64,000 bases of DNA from Macrostomum lignano. Taxonomy: Eukaryota. The stretch lies in the NCBI GenBank assembly GCA_002269645.1, contig NIVC01002311.1, positions 1-64,000 of the forward strand, in the 5' to 3' direction. The position numbers and the translations under genes were made by a program. Positions within the stretch are counted from its first letter, which is position 1. Each line of letters begins with the position of its first letter. The notes beneath the pieces are model-generated. The model saw only the letters and a list, made by a program, of their open reading frames with translations, ran no database searches and was not told the origin of the DNA. This document shows, in pieces, positions 51,001 to 63,909 of the stretch.

Positions 51001-51520
51001 AGTTCCCTTGGGGTGCTTCAACGGATCCATAATTCCTGCTACTCGGACATTTCGACCTCCCCTCGTATCCAGTCGGCCGAGCAGAACCGCCTCGTGGCCT
51101 GGTTTAACCGTTGCTGTATCATTCAGGCGAATCCGGCACGCCACTGGTCGCTCTCGTTGGAACCGGATGGGAAGCACTACATTCCTGAGTCGCAGCTCTG
51201 CTCTGGCATAATCGATTTGGCAGCCGTGCCGTTGCAGGAAATCCGAACCCAGCACGAGGTCGTAATCAATACCCGACACTACCAGCTCGTCGATAGGCAC
51301 CTTCTCATCAATTTCTAAGTCCAACGTGGTGACACCAATCACTTGAATGGGGCTGCCATTTGCAGTCGTGACTTTGGCGAATGACCCCCGGAAGAGCTCT
51401 GGTTTGTGCCGCAACCGTGAGAACATCGCCTCCGACATGATGGTACACGAGGCTCCCGAGTCCAACAGCGCTGAAACGTGATTATCTTTGGCAATCTTTA
51501 TACTCACATAGACTGACGTC
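48071..51520 (-). pseudogene. Gypsy pol (protease, RT, RNase H, integrase), frameshifted
   Basis: LLDSGAS; WNAPIV..LRMCVDYRGLN; YLDDIL; FILDTDAS; HHCC zinc finger; FSKWPEA..HSDQGRNFES..GNGQVE. Confidence 0.92.
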
Positions 51521-51529
51521 GGGACGATG

Positions 51530-51935
51530 TTGATGGTGGCCTGTGAAATACTCGGATTCAGAATGGTGCTAGATGCTCTAGTTAGCGGTGTCGCAGCCGG
51601 TGCAAACGACGATGAAGCAGCAGGTGGAATGGTTGATGACGCAAGAGGTGGGACGATTGATGCCGCAACAGGTGGGACGACTGATGACGCAGCAGGTAGG
51701 ATGATTGATGACGCAGCAGGTGGGACGACTGATGACGCAGCAGGTAGGATGATTGATGACGCAGCAGGTGGGACGATTAATGACACAACAGGTGAGACTA
51801 TTTGGGATGCAACAGGTGAGATGATGAGATGATTGATGATGCAACAGGTGGGACGATTGATGACGCAACAGGTGGGATGATTGATGACGCAACAGGTGGG
51901 ACGATTTATGACGCAGCAGGTAGGATGATTGATGA
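51530..51935. repeat. 24-bp repeat block between gag and protease
   Basis: TGATGACGCAGCAGGT(A/G)GGA(T/C)GA(T/C) units encoding SSIILPAA/SSVVPPAA. Confidence 0.85.
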
Positions 51936-52003
51936 AGAGTTAAATGTCGCCTGATCCCTTCTCCTCGACGGCTCCATTTGGGGGCGTACCTGACCTCCGG
52001 GGC

Positions 52004-52870
52004 TCACTTCCCCCACTGCGGGCCCCGCTCTCCATTTCCCTCCGCGCGACACTTGGCAGCCACGTGACCAAGTTTGCCACACCGGTGGCACCGAATGCCG
52101 CGTCCCGCTTGAGCTCCTTGGTGCGGACCTCCGGCTCTCTTCCGACAGCGGTTCGCCATGTGCCCCTTCTCATGACAGTTCCAACATTCCACATCGCTGT
52201 GTTGATTCGCTGGCGCTGGTCTCTGAGAACCCTTCCCTCCGCCAGATCCTGACGCCTGACTCTGCCGTAGCTGCCGTTCCTGCTCCTCTATCCTGGCCCG
52301 CAGAGCGCCGACGTCCTCTTGATTTGCCTCCCCGGCTGCGCCCACAGCGTTGAACGCCGCCGTCTTGCCTCGGCCCGGCTGCCCCACGTGGGCCGCTCGA
52401 ATTGCTGCGTCCAGCTGCCGGGCACTCCTGATCGCAGCAGCGAGACTCTCCGGCTGGCTAAGAAATAATTTCTCCCGGACTGACTCGGCTACTCGCACAC
52501 CTTTCATGAACCGGTCCTTGGCCAGCTCCGACCTCGCGTCCTGATCAATCGTCGGATAGGCGTTCCGGACTATCTCGAGCAGGGCGTCACCGTAGGCCTC
52601 CTTCGACTCCTTCTGATCTTGGTCCCGTCCCGCCAGCTCCAACCTGAAGTCCTGCGGAGTCCAATGCTGCGTGAACCTGTTCCGCAGATGCTCAGTGAAC
52701 TCCTCATACTCCAAACCATCCGCCAGATTAAGGTTGTCCACCGCGATATAAGCTGTGTTGAGATCCAGCAGACTCATCAGATGTGGCCTTCGCCTCACAG
52801 AATTCGTTGAAACTCCTCAACCACAGGCGAAAATTCATCCCAGTCACATACTTCACCGGCTTTGCCACTC
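52004..52870 (-). CDS. Gypsy gag with two CCHC zinc knuckles
   Basis: CWNCHEKGHMANRC and CHRCGKLGHVAAKC; Q..ES..AYG capsid-like motif. Confidence 0.85.
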
Positions 52871-53324
52871 TTGGAGGCCCATGGTTCAAATTCTAGCGCA
52901 GCCTGTCCGTCAGCGCACCAATCAGGTCATCGATACCAGCCATGAGTCACAGTACAGCAGCGCAAAACTTTCCGATGCACGATTAAGAAGCTCAGCTCCG
53001 CATTCGCTGCTGGCAATATTGTATTGCCAGCAAAACAATAACCCCAGACGATCAGTCAACACAATAAACAATAAACAATGCAACAGACACTCGCCTTCAC
53101 AACTTACAGACACAGCAGGCCCAACATTGGGCGCCAATTTGTTGTACTCGCGACTCTCAGAAAGGGTGCACCTACGAGGGTTAGAGTACGCGGGCCCGTG
53201 CTGGCCTGTGTCAGGGCGCGAGTGTCCGCACGGGACCCTAAGTCTGGGGCGTCAAGGCGCACCCAAGTGGCCGGCACACGCGTAGGGACGCTGTGATGTC
53301 GATCACCTTCAGCAGGGCGTCAGG

Positions 53325-53326
<2 letters not shown>

Positions 53327-53372
<46 letters not shown>
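53327..53372. repeat. (TG)n microsatellite
   Basis: Pure TG run; matching run at 58325-58356. Confidence 0.95.
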
Positions 53373-53376
<4 letters not shown>

Positions 53377-53377
53377 G

Positions 53378-56300
53378 CACGGGGCATTTGTTGGGCCATA
53401 CGCGTACAACGGGACCCGCACTGTTGGGCCAAAAAAAATGTTGGGACTGTCCCATCAAGTCCGTCCAACACTTCCAAAAAACTTACAATAGCAGCTCAAA
53501 AAAATACTCTATGGATTCAGCTCGACAGCCTCTTTTTGATGGTGCAACTCATTTTTAATAATTTTACTTGCTGTGTCAATAAATAAGCAAAAACTGGCGT
53601 CCCAATAAGGAAAAATGATACAAAATTCGACCAAATCACTATTGGGACACTGAAATGGCTAATCTGCTCCCGCATATTTTTATTGTTTTTTTCTCATATA
53701 TTTTTACTAATAGTAGATTTCAAGCGCATTCATTTGCTGCAGTCTTTGTTTCAAGACATAAATACATAGCATACATTAAAATACATACAAAGCAAAGCAT
53801 AGCAAAACACTTTTAAGGGTATTTTATTGTCAAAGGATGGTTCTAGATGGAGATAAACCTAAAGAAATGACAAGGGCTTACATGTACTTCTGACTGTGAT
53901 GGGCATCAGTACTCTACACGAACTAAATTGTTAGGACAGTGTTGCAGTGTTGAATACAACAGCCCACTCTTGTTAGGACTCATGCTATTGACTGCTGCGC
54001 GCATTCGATATTCTATAAATTGTTGGAACTGTGTGCTAGTGTCGTTTACAAAAGCCCACTCATATTAGGACTTACCCCGTACATGTTAGGACTAAGCCCT
54101 ACCCCCCTGTGTACATGGCTCCAATTTACCAGAGTCCCCTTGCTAGTTAAGTGTACATTTATTTTGGTCTATTATTTACGCCACCCCGCAAACGTACGGT
54201 AAAACTAAATTGGCATGTACTCGCTATGCTGAAATCAATGGTCAACTCTGCCTCTGCCATGGCACCCGAGTCACCATGGTATGGAAAGAACAGCATGGAA
54301 TGGCACAGCGAGAAACATGTAAGTGGTATTAAAAGCTTTGTCGGAAACAAGAAGCATTTATATTTAAATGCTATAAAAAATACTGCTCCTACTTATTTCT
54401 ATCTCTACTTCAGGTATATCATCTTTGCTACACTGTCATGTGGCGCAATTGCCAAAGGATCCGTCGACTTTAACCGGTAAGCTGTAAAAGCTTTGAGTAA
54501 AACTTGACATTTCGTCTGAATCCATTGATATTCAATAGCCTACGTGTCCAACCACAAAAATTATAAGTTTTGTACTTTTAACTCTCAGATTGGGTCTTAG
54601 CAGATTCTATAGCTATGCATGCAAGGGCCCCTCAGAGGAGATGCTTAAACACTGCATTGCATTTTTCCTAGCAATTATTGGGACACGAAGTGTTGGGCCA
54701 CTGTGTGTGTGTGTCTAGTTTTTTCCGCATTTGTTAAGTCACCTAAAGAACTCAATTAATAAAGGGCTCCAGAACAAATTGATGGGCAAACGGATGGCAC
54801 ACTGCACAGAGACTTGTTGGGACATATTAAAAAACAGCTTATTTTAGAATGGGTATACTTTACTCGTACTAAAGTAGAATGCTCCTACAGAAAGCTGCAA
54901 GCAAACTAGCATCTTCTGGAGCAGACATGCAGAGAAGAATGATTTTGTCGTCCTTGAAATCACTAAATAGATATGCGAAATCGATCTTTTGCTAATCCCA
55001 CCACAGGTTCCAGTGAAAAGAAGAAACGAAACCCATTGACTAAATTGGCAGTCGACTCAATCGATGCCGCTGCAACGGACCTGTCAGCTTCGAACTCAGG
55101 AGAGCAGCTAATAGACTACGAGAGTAATGCTAGATGCCAGAATGCTTCACAGCATCAAAGTCTTAAGCAGAAGCTTCAATGAAAGGTTAGTTCATGCTGT
55201 GGCTGGATTCGTTTTCGTGTCTAGAAGCGTTATAACTTTTTGTACTTTTAACTCTCAGATCGGGTCTTAGCAGATTCTATAGCTATGCATGCAAGGGCCC
55301 CTCAGAGGAGATGCTTAAACACTGCATTGCATTTTTCCTAGCAATTATTGGGACACGAAGTGTTGGGCCACTGTGTGTGTGTGTCTAGTTTTTTCCGCAT
55401 TTGTTAAGTCACCTAAAGAACTCAATTAATAAAGGGCTCCAGAACAAATTGATGGGCAAACGGATGGCACACTGCACAGAGACTTGTTGGGACATATAAA
55501 AAACAGCTTATTTTAGAATGGGTATACTTTACTCGTACTAAAGTAGAATGCTCCTACAGAAAGCTGCAAGCAAACTAGCATCTTCTGGAGCAGACATGCA
55601 GAGAAGAATGATTTTGTCGTCCTTGAAATCACTAAATAGATATGCGAAATCGATCTTTTGCTAATCCCACCACAGGTTCCAGTGAAAAGAAGAAACGAAA
55701 CCCATTGACTAAATTGGCAGTCGACTCAATCGATGCCGCTGCAACGGACCTGTCAGCTTCGAACTCAGGAGAGCAGCTAATAGACTACGAGAGTAATTCT
55801 AGATGCCAGAATGCTTCACAGCATCAAAGTCTTAAGCAGAAGCTTCAATGAAAGGTTAGTTCATGCTGTGGCTGGATTCGTTTTCGTGTCTAGAAGCGTT
55901 ATAACTTTTTGTACTTTTAACTCTCAGATCGGGTCTTAGCAGATTCTATAGCTATGCATGCAAGGGCCCCTCAGAGGAGATGCTTAAACACTGCAGTGCA
56001 TTTTTCCTAGCAATTATTGGGACACGAAGTGTTGGGCCACTGTGTGTGTGTGTCTAGTTTTTTCCGCATTTGTTAAGTCACCTAAAGAACTCAATTAATA
56101 AAGGGCTCCAGAACAAATTGATGGGCAAACGGATGACACACTGCACAGAGACTTGTTGGGACATATAAAAACAGCTTATTTTAGAATGGGTATACTTTAC
56201 TAAAGTAGAATGCTCCTACAGAAAGCTGCAAGCAAACTAGCATCTTCTGGAGCAGACATGCAGAGAAGAATGATTTTGTCGTCCTTGAAATCACTAAATA

Positions 56301-58318
56301 GATATGCGAAATCGATCTTTTGCTATTCCCACCACAGGTTCCAGTGAAAAGAAGAAACGAAACCCATTGACTAAATTGGCAGTCGACTCAATCGATTCCG
56401 ACTGCAACGGACCTGTCAGCTTCGAACTCAGGAGAGCAGCTAATAGTCTACGAGAGTAATGCTAGATGCCAGAATGCTTCACAGCATCAAAGTCTTAAGC
56501 AGAAGCTACACTGAAAGGTTAGTTCATGCTGTGGCTGCATTCGTTTTCGTGTCTAGAAGCGTTATAACTTTTTGTACTTTTAACTCTCAGATCGGGTCTT
56601 AGCAGATTCTATAGCTATGCATGCAAGGGCCCCTCAGAGGAGATGCTTAAACACTGCAGTGCATTTTTCCTAGCAATTATTGGGACACGAAGTGTTGGGC
56701 TACTGTGTGTGTGTGTCTAGTTTTTTCCGCATTTGTTAAGTCACCTAAAGAACTCAATTAATAAAGGGCTCCAGAACAAATTGATGGGCAAACGGATGAC
56801 ACACTGCACAGAGACTTGTTGGGACAGATTAAAAACAGCTTATTTTAGAATGGGTATACTTTACTAAAGTAGAATGCTCCTACAGAAAGCTGTAAGCAAA
56901 CTAGCATCTTCTGGAGCAGACATGCAGAGAAGAATGATTTTGTCGTCCTTGAAATCACTAAAAAGATATGCGAAATCGATCTTTTGCTAATCCCACCACA
57001 GGTTCCAGTGAAAAGAAGAAACGAAACCCATTGACTAAATTGGCAGTCGACTCAATCGATGCCGCTGCAACGGACCTGTCAGCTTCGAACTCAGGAGAGC
57101 AGCTAATAGTCTACGAGAGTAATGCTAGATGCCAGAATGCTTCACAGCATCAAAGTCTTAAGCAGAAGCTTCAATGAAAGGTTAGTTCATGCTGTGGCTG
57201 GATTCGTTTTCGTGTCTAGAAGCGTTATAACTTTTTGTACTTTTAACTCTCAGATCGGGTCTTAGCAGATTCTATAGCTATGCATGCAAGGGCCCCTCAG
57301 AGGAGATGCTTAAACACTGCAGTGCATTTTTCCTAGCAATTATTGGGACACGAAGTGTTGGGCCACTGTGTGTGTGTGTCTAGTTTTTTCCGCATTTGTT
57401 AAGTCACCTAAAGAACTCAATTAATAAAGGGCTCCAGAACAAATTGATGGGCAAACGGATGACACACTGCACAGAGACTTGTTGGGACATATAAAAAACA
57501 GCTTATTTTAGAATGGGTATACTTTACTAAAGTAGAATGCTCCTACAGAAAGCTGCAAGCAAACTAGCATCTTCTGGAGCAGACATGCAGAGAAGAATGA
57601 TTTTGTCGTCCTTGAAATCACTAAATAGATATGCGAAATCGATGTTTTGCTAATCCCACCACAGGTTCCAGTGAAAAGAAGAAACGAAACCCATTGACTA
57701 AATTGGCAGTCGACTCAATCGATGCCGCTGCAACGGACCTGTCAGCTTCGAACTCAGGAGAGCAGCTAATAGTCTATGAGCGTAATGCTGGATGCCAGAG
57801 TGCTCTAAATAACGAGACTCCTGTTTTCTCACTCGACCGGAATTTGTTGTTTAATCTGCTTAACTAATCTCTGCGTTTCAGTTTTTCAGTTTCACTGTCA
57901 ATTTTAGGTTTTTTCCTAAGCGCAAGTGTAATTGAATTTTTTATTCATATTAGTCAGGCATATTGCGTACAGCATTATAGCGTATTAGTAAAGGTAAAGG
58001 TAAATAGACTGCTTGTAACTAGTTTTTCCTTCATGTGGATTGGCTTTAACGAAGCCTTCTGTATTTCAAGTAATGCTGAATTCGCTGGACTGAGGACAAT
58101 ATAGTTACACGATGATATGCTATTCCTTCACTTTCAATAGATCATACTATTAGTATGGGACGTGCTTTTTTATTTCAATGTATGCTTTTTTTCATCATTT
58201 AAATGCTAAAAATACTTAATAGGTCATTGCACTGTGTGTATGTGTGTGTTTTTGTGTGTCAAAAAAAATTGCAAAATAAGTGCCCACCATTGTATACCGT
58301 ACCAACAAGTGCCCGGTG
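53378..58318. mobile_element. Non-autonomous CMC/CACTA-like element inserted in a (TG)n tract
   Basis: TIR CAC(G/C)GGGCA(T/C)TTGTTGG, 2-bp TSD CG, many subterminal TTGGGAC/TTGGGCC/TTAGGAC motifs. Confidence 0.7.
54560..57797 (+). repeat. ~665-bp tandem array, about 4.9 copies
   Basis: Anchor TGTACTTTTAACTC recurs at 54571, 55241, 55910, 56573, 57236 (periods 670, 669, 663, 663). Confidence 0.97.
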
Positions 58319-58321
58319 CGT

Positions 58322-58324
<3 letters not shown>

Positions 58325-58356
<32 letters not shown>
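58325..58356. repeat. (TG)n microsatellite
   Basis: Pure TG run. Confidence 0.95.
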
Positions 58357-58357
<1 letters not shown>

Positions 58358-60824
58358 AAGCTCTTATTTACTTAGGAAGAAAGGAAAAGTGGCACGGGGC
58401 GAAACTGTCTGTGTTGCCTTTACCAAAAGAAAGTAATTGAATTAGGGTATTCCTGAATTTAACAAAAGTATAAAGCGGTATGCAAAGGATCAAAGGGTCT
58501 ATATGCAAACAATGGCTGTTTATAAAAAGTTCAGTAAAATTTGCGCAATGGACTTTGTTTCAAAGTGCTTTCAGCGATCTAGCCTGGTATATGCCTGGAC
58601 GAGATCACCAGTTGAAGAGTTTAAGAGTGGTGATCAGTCACTCAAAAACTCCCACTTCTAGACACTGGGGAACAAGTGCCTAGGTATAGGTAAAGTCAAA
58701 TAGCTCTTACTGCAGCGGATCCTTTAGTGGCTTGTAGACGTCTTGGTTTGGCTTAGGTGACTTGTTACCTCCGGGAGTCCTTGACTTTTATCTGTAGGTC
58801 GACCAAAGACGAGAGCGATCAGAATTTCTTGACGGTCCTCGAGCTCGGAATTAACAGTAGAACGTGCGCCCTAATGAACAATCGAATTCTCTAAGTTTCT
58901 GTGATAGGTCCTCCTGAAGGGCGTCTTCTTCGTTACGTCCGAAACGTAACGGATAACTCAAATCAAATCAATAATCCTCTAGGAATATATCCCAGGAAAC
59001 AAGGAGGCCTTTCTCAAATGTGTCGACAATAAACGGCTCTCATAAACTCAATTAATCAACTTATTAACGCTAACAATCAAAGAACTGAATCAAGAACAAA
59101 GACAACTCGACAAGAAGAACAAAGAACGTAAACGCTTACAAATTGGACAAGTGTGGTCCCTCAGAGATTGGTCTTCTTCTTTGTTCCTTCGGAGTCTTCT
59201 TAGAGACAGCTCTGAGTCTGAATTTTTTACTCGGATTTTCACTTATACGAGCTATTTATAGCAAAATTTTGGAGAAAAACCGGTTTGGGATCGGATATTT
59301 ACTTAGGTCATTCATGTTTGATTAAGCTGTCACGTATGCTCGAGCATTACCATATATGGGGTTAAGCAAATACAGCTGTTGGAATCCGGTTCCTTGATCA
59401 AACAATGTTGGTCTCACGTGGGGTTCTGAGTCACTCTGTTGGCGCATGATTCCTAAAAATAGATATGACTCATTCTAGAATAAATTGAATTTCTTAGAAT
59501 ATTACTTTAAGTAGGGCATCACGGTATAGTTCCGGCTCTCTACAAGGTTCCGGCAGGCCCCAGCCCACGCTCTGCAAGATCAGCGGGCGGGGGGCTAGTG
59601 TAAAGGCGCCAGGTCGGGTTGACAGCCAACGCCAGAGCCCTTCCCCAAAGGAGCGGTCATTGAGAACCCGTGTGGCACCAGCACTAGCCACCTGCCCTGC
59701 AAAAGGCTGCAGGGGGTCCGCCCTCCATAGCAGGAGACAAGAACGAAGAAGCTCCACGAAAATGAAGAGCTGGCAGATGTCACGGAGTCCCGCGGTTTAA
59801 GTTTCCATTGCAAATATACTTGATGCAAGTAAAAAATAAAGAGTTCAACTAATGCCATTTGTGAGTAGTTACAACTTTGGGCATATAAAAATAAGAAAAC
59901 AGTATAAAAATAAAACTTTCACGACAACTACCGGTATACATGTATAAAAAACAACAGCTAGGACAACTATACAATAGCTAGGCACGCATGCTAAGTAAAA
60001 AAATGGTAATCTTCGCTGCCCTAGATCAAATGTAATCAATATTTTTGTGATTAAAAGTGATTTATTCCTATTTTTTAATGAATTTTGCACAAAAAACACG
60101 AGCTTTGATTTTTACATCCTGTTGCACTACTGTGGTCCTTGGGTGGAGCTCAGCCACGCAGGACTGGGGGTGGGTCTACACCACGCCCTCAGCCACTGCA
60201 CAAGGCGTTTTACATGTATTCTTTATTCAAAGAATTCGTTATAATCCCTTGCTTTGTTGTCTCCCAACGAGATGCAAAGATTGCTATAGTACGAGCGTAT
60301 GTAATCCAATAAAACAAAATGATCAGCAGGAAGGACATCAGGAAAAAACAAAACAAATACGGCGGTCAGATCAAAGGTGTATTTCCTGAATACAGTATGC
60401 ATGTATCAATAAAGAATCAACCTCATCTCGTATCCACTAAAATGAACGCAGAAGTCAACAAAAACGCTTCGTGACGCTCGATCGTTTGTTGTTGGCCTTT
60501 TGCCATATGCCATAAGATTTTAGTCAAAATGATTGCAGTGCATTGCAACAGGATCGCTATCCGAGACGGAAAGTCACATCTTGATGGGAGATAACCCACC
60601 GGCACCTGTTTACATAGCAACCTACTTAGAAGCTCTATTAATATAAAAATACCCAAAGAACTCTAACGACCTCGCCGACATAAAGCGCAATTTCACTAAG
60701 TCTTGAGCTTGAGCACCTTACTGAGCTCAGTAGCCAGCCTGCTATCGGCATGCATGCGAAACTCTGACGTAGCATTTATTGATTTTTAATTTTCACACGA
60801 GTAAACTGTTTTCTCTTGTTGCAG

Positions 60825-60836
60825 AGCATCCGAACT
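60825..60836 (+). CDS. 12-nt microexon, cassette 2 (E-H-P-N)
   Basis: ctcttgttgcag|AGCATCCGAACT|gtaagt. Confidence 0.6.
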
Positions 60837-61486
60837 GTAAGTTCATCATCAATCCACGCTTGTATTTATAATTTATTTGTGGTATTTAAGTGCAAACGCT
60901 TTACTCAAGCTTTTTAATGTTCGGTAAATCTACACTGGTGTTGGGACAATGGCAGAAACGGATCTCACTCTCACTCCCAAATTGACCCAATGAGCGTCAG
61001 AGCAAGAGCTCAAGGTACCTTCGGTCCTCTGGCCGGACCCACTTCCAACTCTGAGCGGAAGATCGCGTCTTCGTTGGGATCGACCCGTCCCCAGGCAGAC
61101 ACAATACAGTACGAATCTCCAGCCCTCTAAAAAAATAACGCAGCTCACTCAACATGCTCTTGGATTCCACGAGTCCGACAGGCAAGCGAGCGACGGGCTT
61201 GGTTGCACGGAGCGCTGAGAAGTATCGTAGTTGACTGACTCAGCTGAGTGAGCTCTCGATCGTCTGAGTTTATCTGAGTATCTGAGTCTGAGTAGACTCT
61301 GCGCATCACCTATGCCATTAACCTTAAGAAACAAATCATACAAATATTGTGCACTGCTTCACCCTTGGGTGCACCGACCCCGACTACAACTAACAATGCG
61401 ATTAGCGACTGTAGCTCCCTTCTACTTTACTTGTCCATGAGTTTGAGCATGAGCAGTGCGCTTTCTTATTCGCATTACAATTTCAG

Positions 61487-61786
61487 TTAAACTGCAAGGT
61501 TGCTACGTTCACCTCAGTAAGGTAGTTGAGAATCTAAAATACCGCATATGAACCAGCGAGTCAATGACAATTGAGAGCTGCCAAAAGAGCTGCCGAAGTC
61601 GTTATACCTTCCGCCACTTTGGAGTCGCTAGAACAGAATGCTTCTGCGGTAATTCAAAAATTACTCATAAAACATCTTTAAACAGATGTAATTACAGGTG
61701 TCCGGGAAACCTAAAGCAGATTTGCGGTGGTATTCGCACGATGGTTGTGTACGAGCAGCCCGCTACACTCGTTACAGCCTCTGCCG
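61487..61786 (+). pseudogene. WSC domain exon, cassette 2, with premature TGA
   Basis: Paralog of 46066-46359; 300 nt, phase 1-1; TCA to TGA at 61549-61551. Confidence 0.8.
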
Positions 61787-63236
61787 GTAAGAATGCCGGC
61801 CATAATTTATTACGTTCAATTGTTCATTTATGAATGGTGTCATTGTCTCATTTCCTCGCTCGCTTATAGAGGGTAGTCTCTAGCTCACTACTCGTCAGAT
61901 TATTAGTAAAAGAAAAAAGTGGAAGAAATTGTCGTCGACCTTATTCTTATCTATTGCAGAGAGTATGTTGTCTGACAGGTGAAACTAACAATCTCCTTTC
62001 ACGTACAGACGCTTCCCGTCATTAACTTTGTAGTACTTGTAGAACATTAGCGTGAGTACAGTTAATACGGCTGCCTTTCGTTACGGCTCGCGGTCGGGTC
62101 TCTTTCTAGCAGCGTTGTTAGTCGCTGCCACAAGTTCCTTCAGGTCTCAGTCTTCGGTGAGATGAGCTTCTCGTTGGAAAGAGAGAAATAAACAAAACAA
62201 CGAAGATTTTCAAGTTTACGATCATAGGCGTCTGGTCAGCAGATCTTCCTGGGCTCAGTGGGTGATTGGGAAGGCGAGTTTGCCTTTGGTAGACTTGGGC
62301 GTCTGAGTTTATTTGGGTGTTATTCAGGCTTTGAATTCAGGCACATAGAAATAGCGGGTCTCAAGAACTTTGAAATAGCTAAGAACAAAAAACTAGAGAA
62401 ACTCCTTGACTGGAAACAAGGGTGAGCGGTTCCGTATTTATAGCCTTCGAAACCCCCCTGCTCTATTGTGCGCAAGACCGCGTGACACAGTGTCTATTTG
62501 TAGAAACTGACGTCACCACCCACCTTTTAGAGAAGGCATGGGTTTCGGGGGTATGTGATTTCCGCCACGGACCAGTCACTTTAAGACTTCAAAAAACAAG
62601 GCTCGTATTGTGAATATAGGTCACATAACAAGGGAAAAACGGACTGGGCCATCAGTTAAACCACCAGTGACCTCTTGACTGAAGCAAACGAAGAGCAGAC
62701 CACAGCAGAGATGCCAGTGACTGCAGAGAAGAGCGCAGAGCAAAAAGAGGGAGGCGGGGAACAGGCACAGCAAAAAGGGAAGGGAAGCTGCCCAGCGGTA
62801 GACAGCAACCCAAGGCTGTCTACATTACACCGGTGTGCGATGCCAGTGAGAGAATCCTATAAATGTCCTCGCGGGAGTCCTCTTCTTCAGAGCGTCCTCG
62901 TACTCCGCGGGGAAACTCATGTACAAGATTTTACAGGGAGCGTCCTTTGCCGGAGCCTCCGGCAAAAGCAATCTCTTGGACACGGAGACGAAAATTCAGA
63001 TCTTGATCGGAGATAATCCACTGGCACGCTTACATAACAACCTACTTAGAAGCTCCATTAAATAAGAAGACTCAAAGAACTCTAACACCCTCGTAAAGAT
63101 AAAGTGTAATTTTACAAAGTCTCGAGCACTTTACTGAGCTCAGTAGCCAACCTGCTATTGACATGTCTGCAAAAACTAACGTAGCTTTTATCGATTCTTA
63201 ACATTAAAGCGATTAAATTGCTGCCTCTTGTTGCAG

Positions 63237-63248
63237 AGCACCCGAACT
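63237..63248 (+). CDS. 12-nt microexon, cassette 3 (E-H-P-N)
   Basis: ctcttgttgcag|AGCACCCGAACT|gtaagt. Confidence 0.6.
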
Positions 63249-63909
63249 GTAAGTAATCATCAATCCACCAATATATAATTATAATTTCTTCCGTAATATT
63301 TATAGTGCAAACACTTTACTCAACCTTTTGAATGTTGGGTAAATTTACACTGGTGTTGGGACATTGGCAGAAACAGACCTCACTCTCCACTCCTTAATTG
63401 ATCCAATGAGCCTCAGAGGAAGAGATCAAGGTGTCTTAGGTTATCTGGCCGGACCCACTTCGAACTCTGAGCAGAAGATCGCGTCTTCGTTGGGATCGAC
63501 CCGTCCCCAGGCACACAATACAATACGAATCTCCAGTCATCTAAGAAATAACGCAGCTCACTCAACATGCTCTTGGATTCCACGAGTCCGACAGGCAAGC
63601 GAGCGACGGGCTTGGTTGCACGGAGCGCTGAGTAGTATGGTAGTTGACTGACTCAGCTGAGTGAGCTCTCGATCGTCTGAGATTATCTGAGTATCTGAGT
63701 CTGAGTAGACTCTGCGAACCACCCATGTTATTAACCTCAACACACAAATCATACAAATATTGTACACTGCTTCACCCTTGGGTGCAGCAATCCTGATTAC
63801 AACTGACAATGCGACTAGCGACTGTAGCGACCTTCTGCTTTAATTCTTTATGAGTTTGAGTAGTAGCAATTCGCTTTCTTATTCTTAATACTTTGCATTA
63901 AAATTTCAG

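Larger units (their letters stand above)
47850..53326 (-). mobile_element. Decayed Ty3/Gypsy LTR retrotransposon
   Basis: Order gag-PR-RT-RH-IN; PBS TGGCGCCCAATGTTGGGC (tRNA-Lys-like) at 53119-53136; PPT GGATAGGTGATGGGGAG near 48025; LTR remnants do not overlap. Confidence 0.92.

Noticed and set aside
54973-57867. Repeated 69-aa ORF MRNRSFANPTTG as a gene family
   Set aside because: Lies in the tandem unit within a transposon; copies carry disabling changes and no domain is recognised
58905-58960. Second hammerhead-like motif CTGAAGGGCG..CGTCCGAAACGTA
   Set aside because: Stem II and GAAA are present, but the core lacks G8-A9 and stem I pairs poorly; at best a highly decayed relic, and an alternative CGTTACG/CGTAACG hairpin explains the structure
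62865-62940. HDV-like ribozyme candidate around TCCTCGT
   Set aside because: P1-like pairing exists, but P3 does not close and no P2 partner is found
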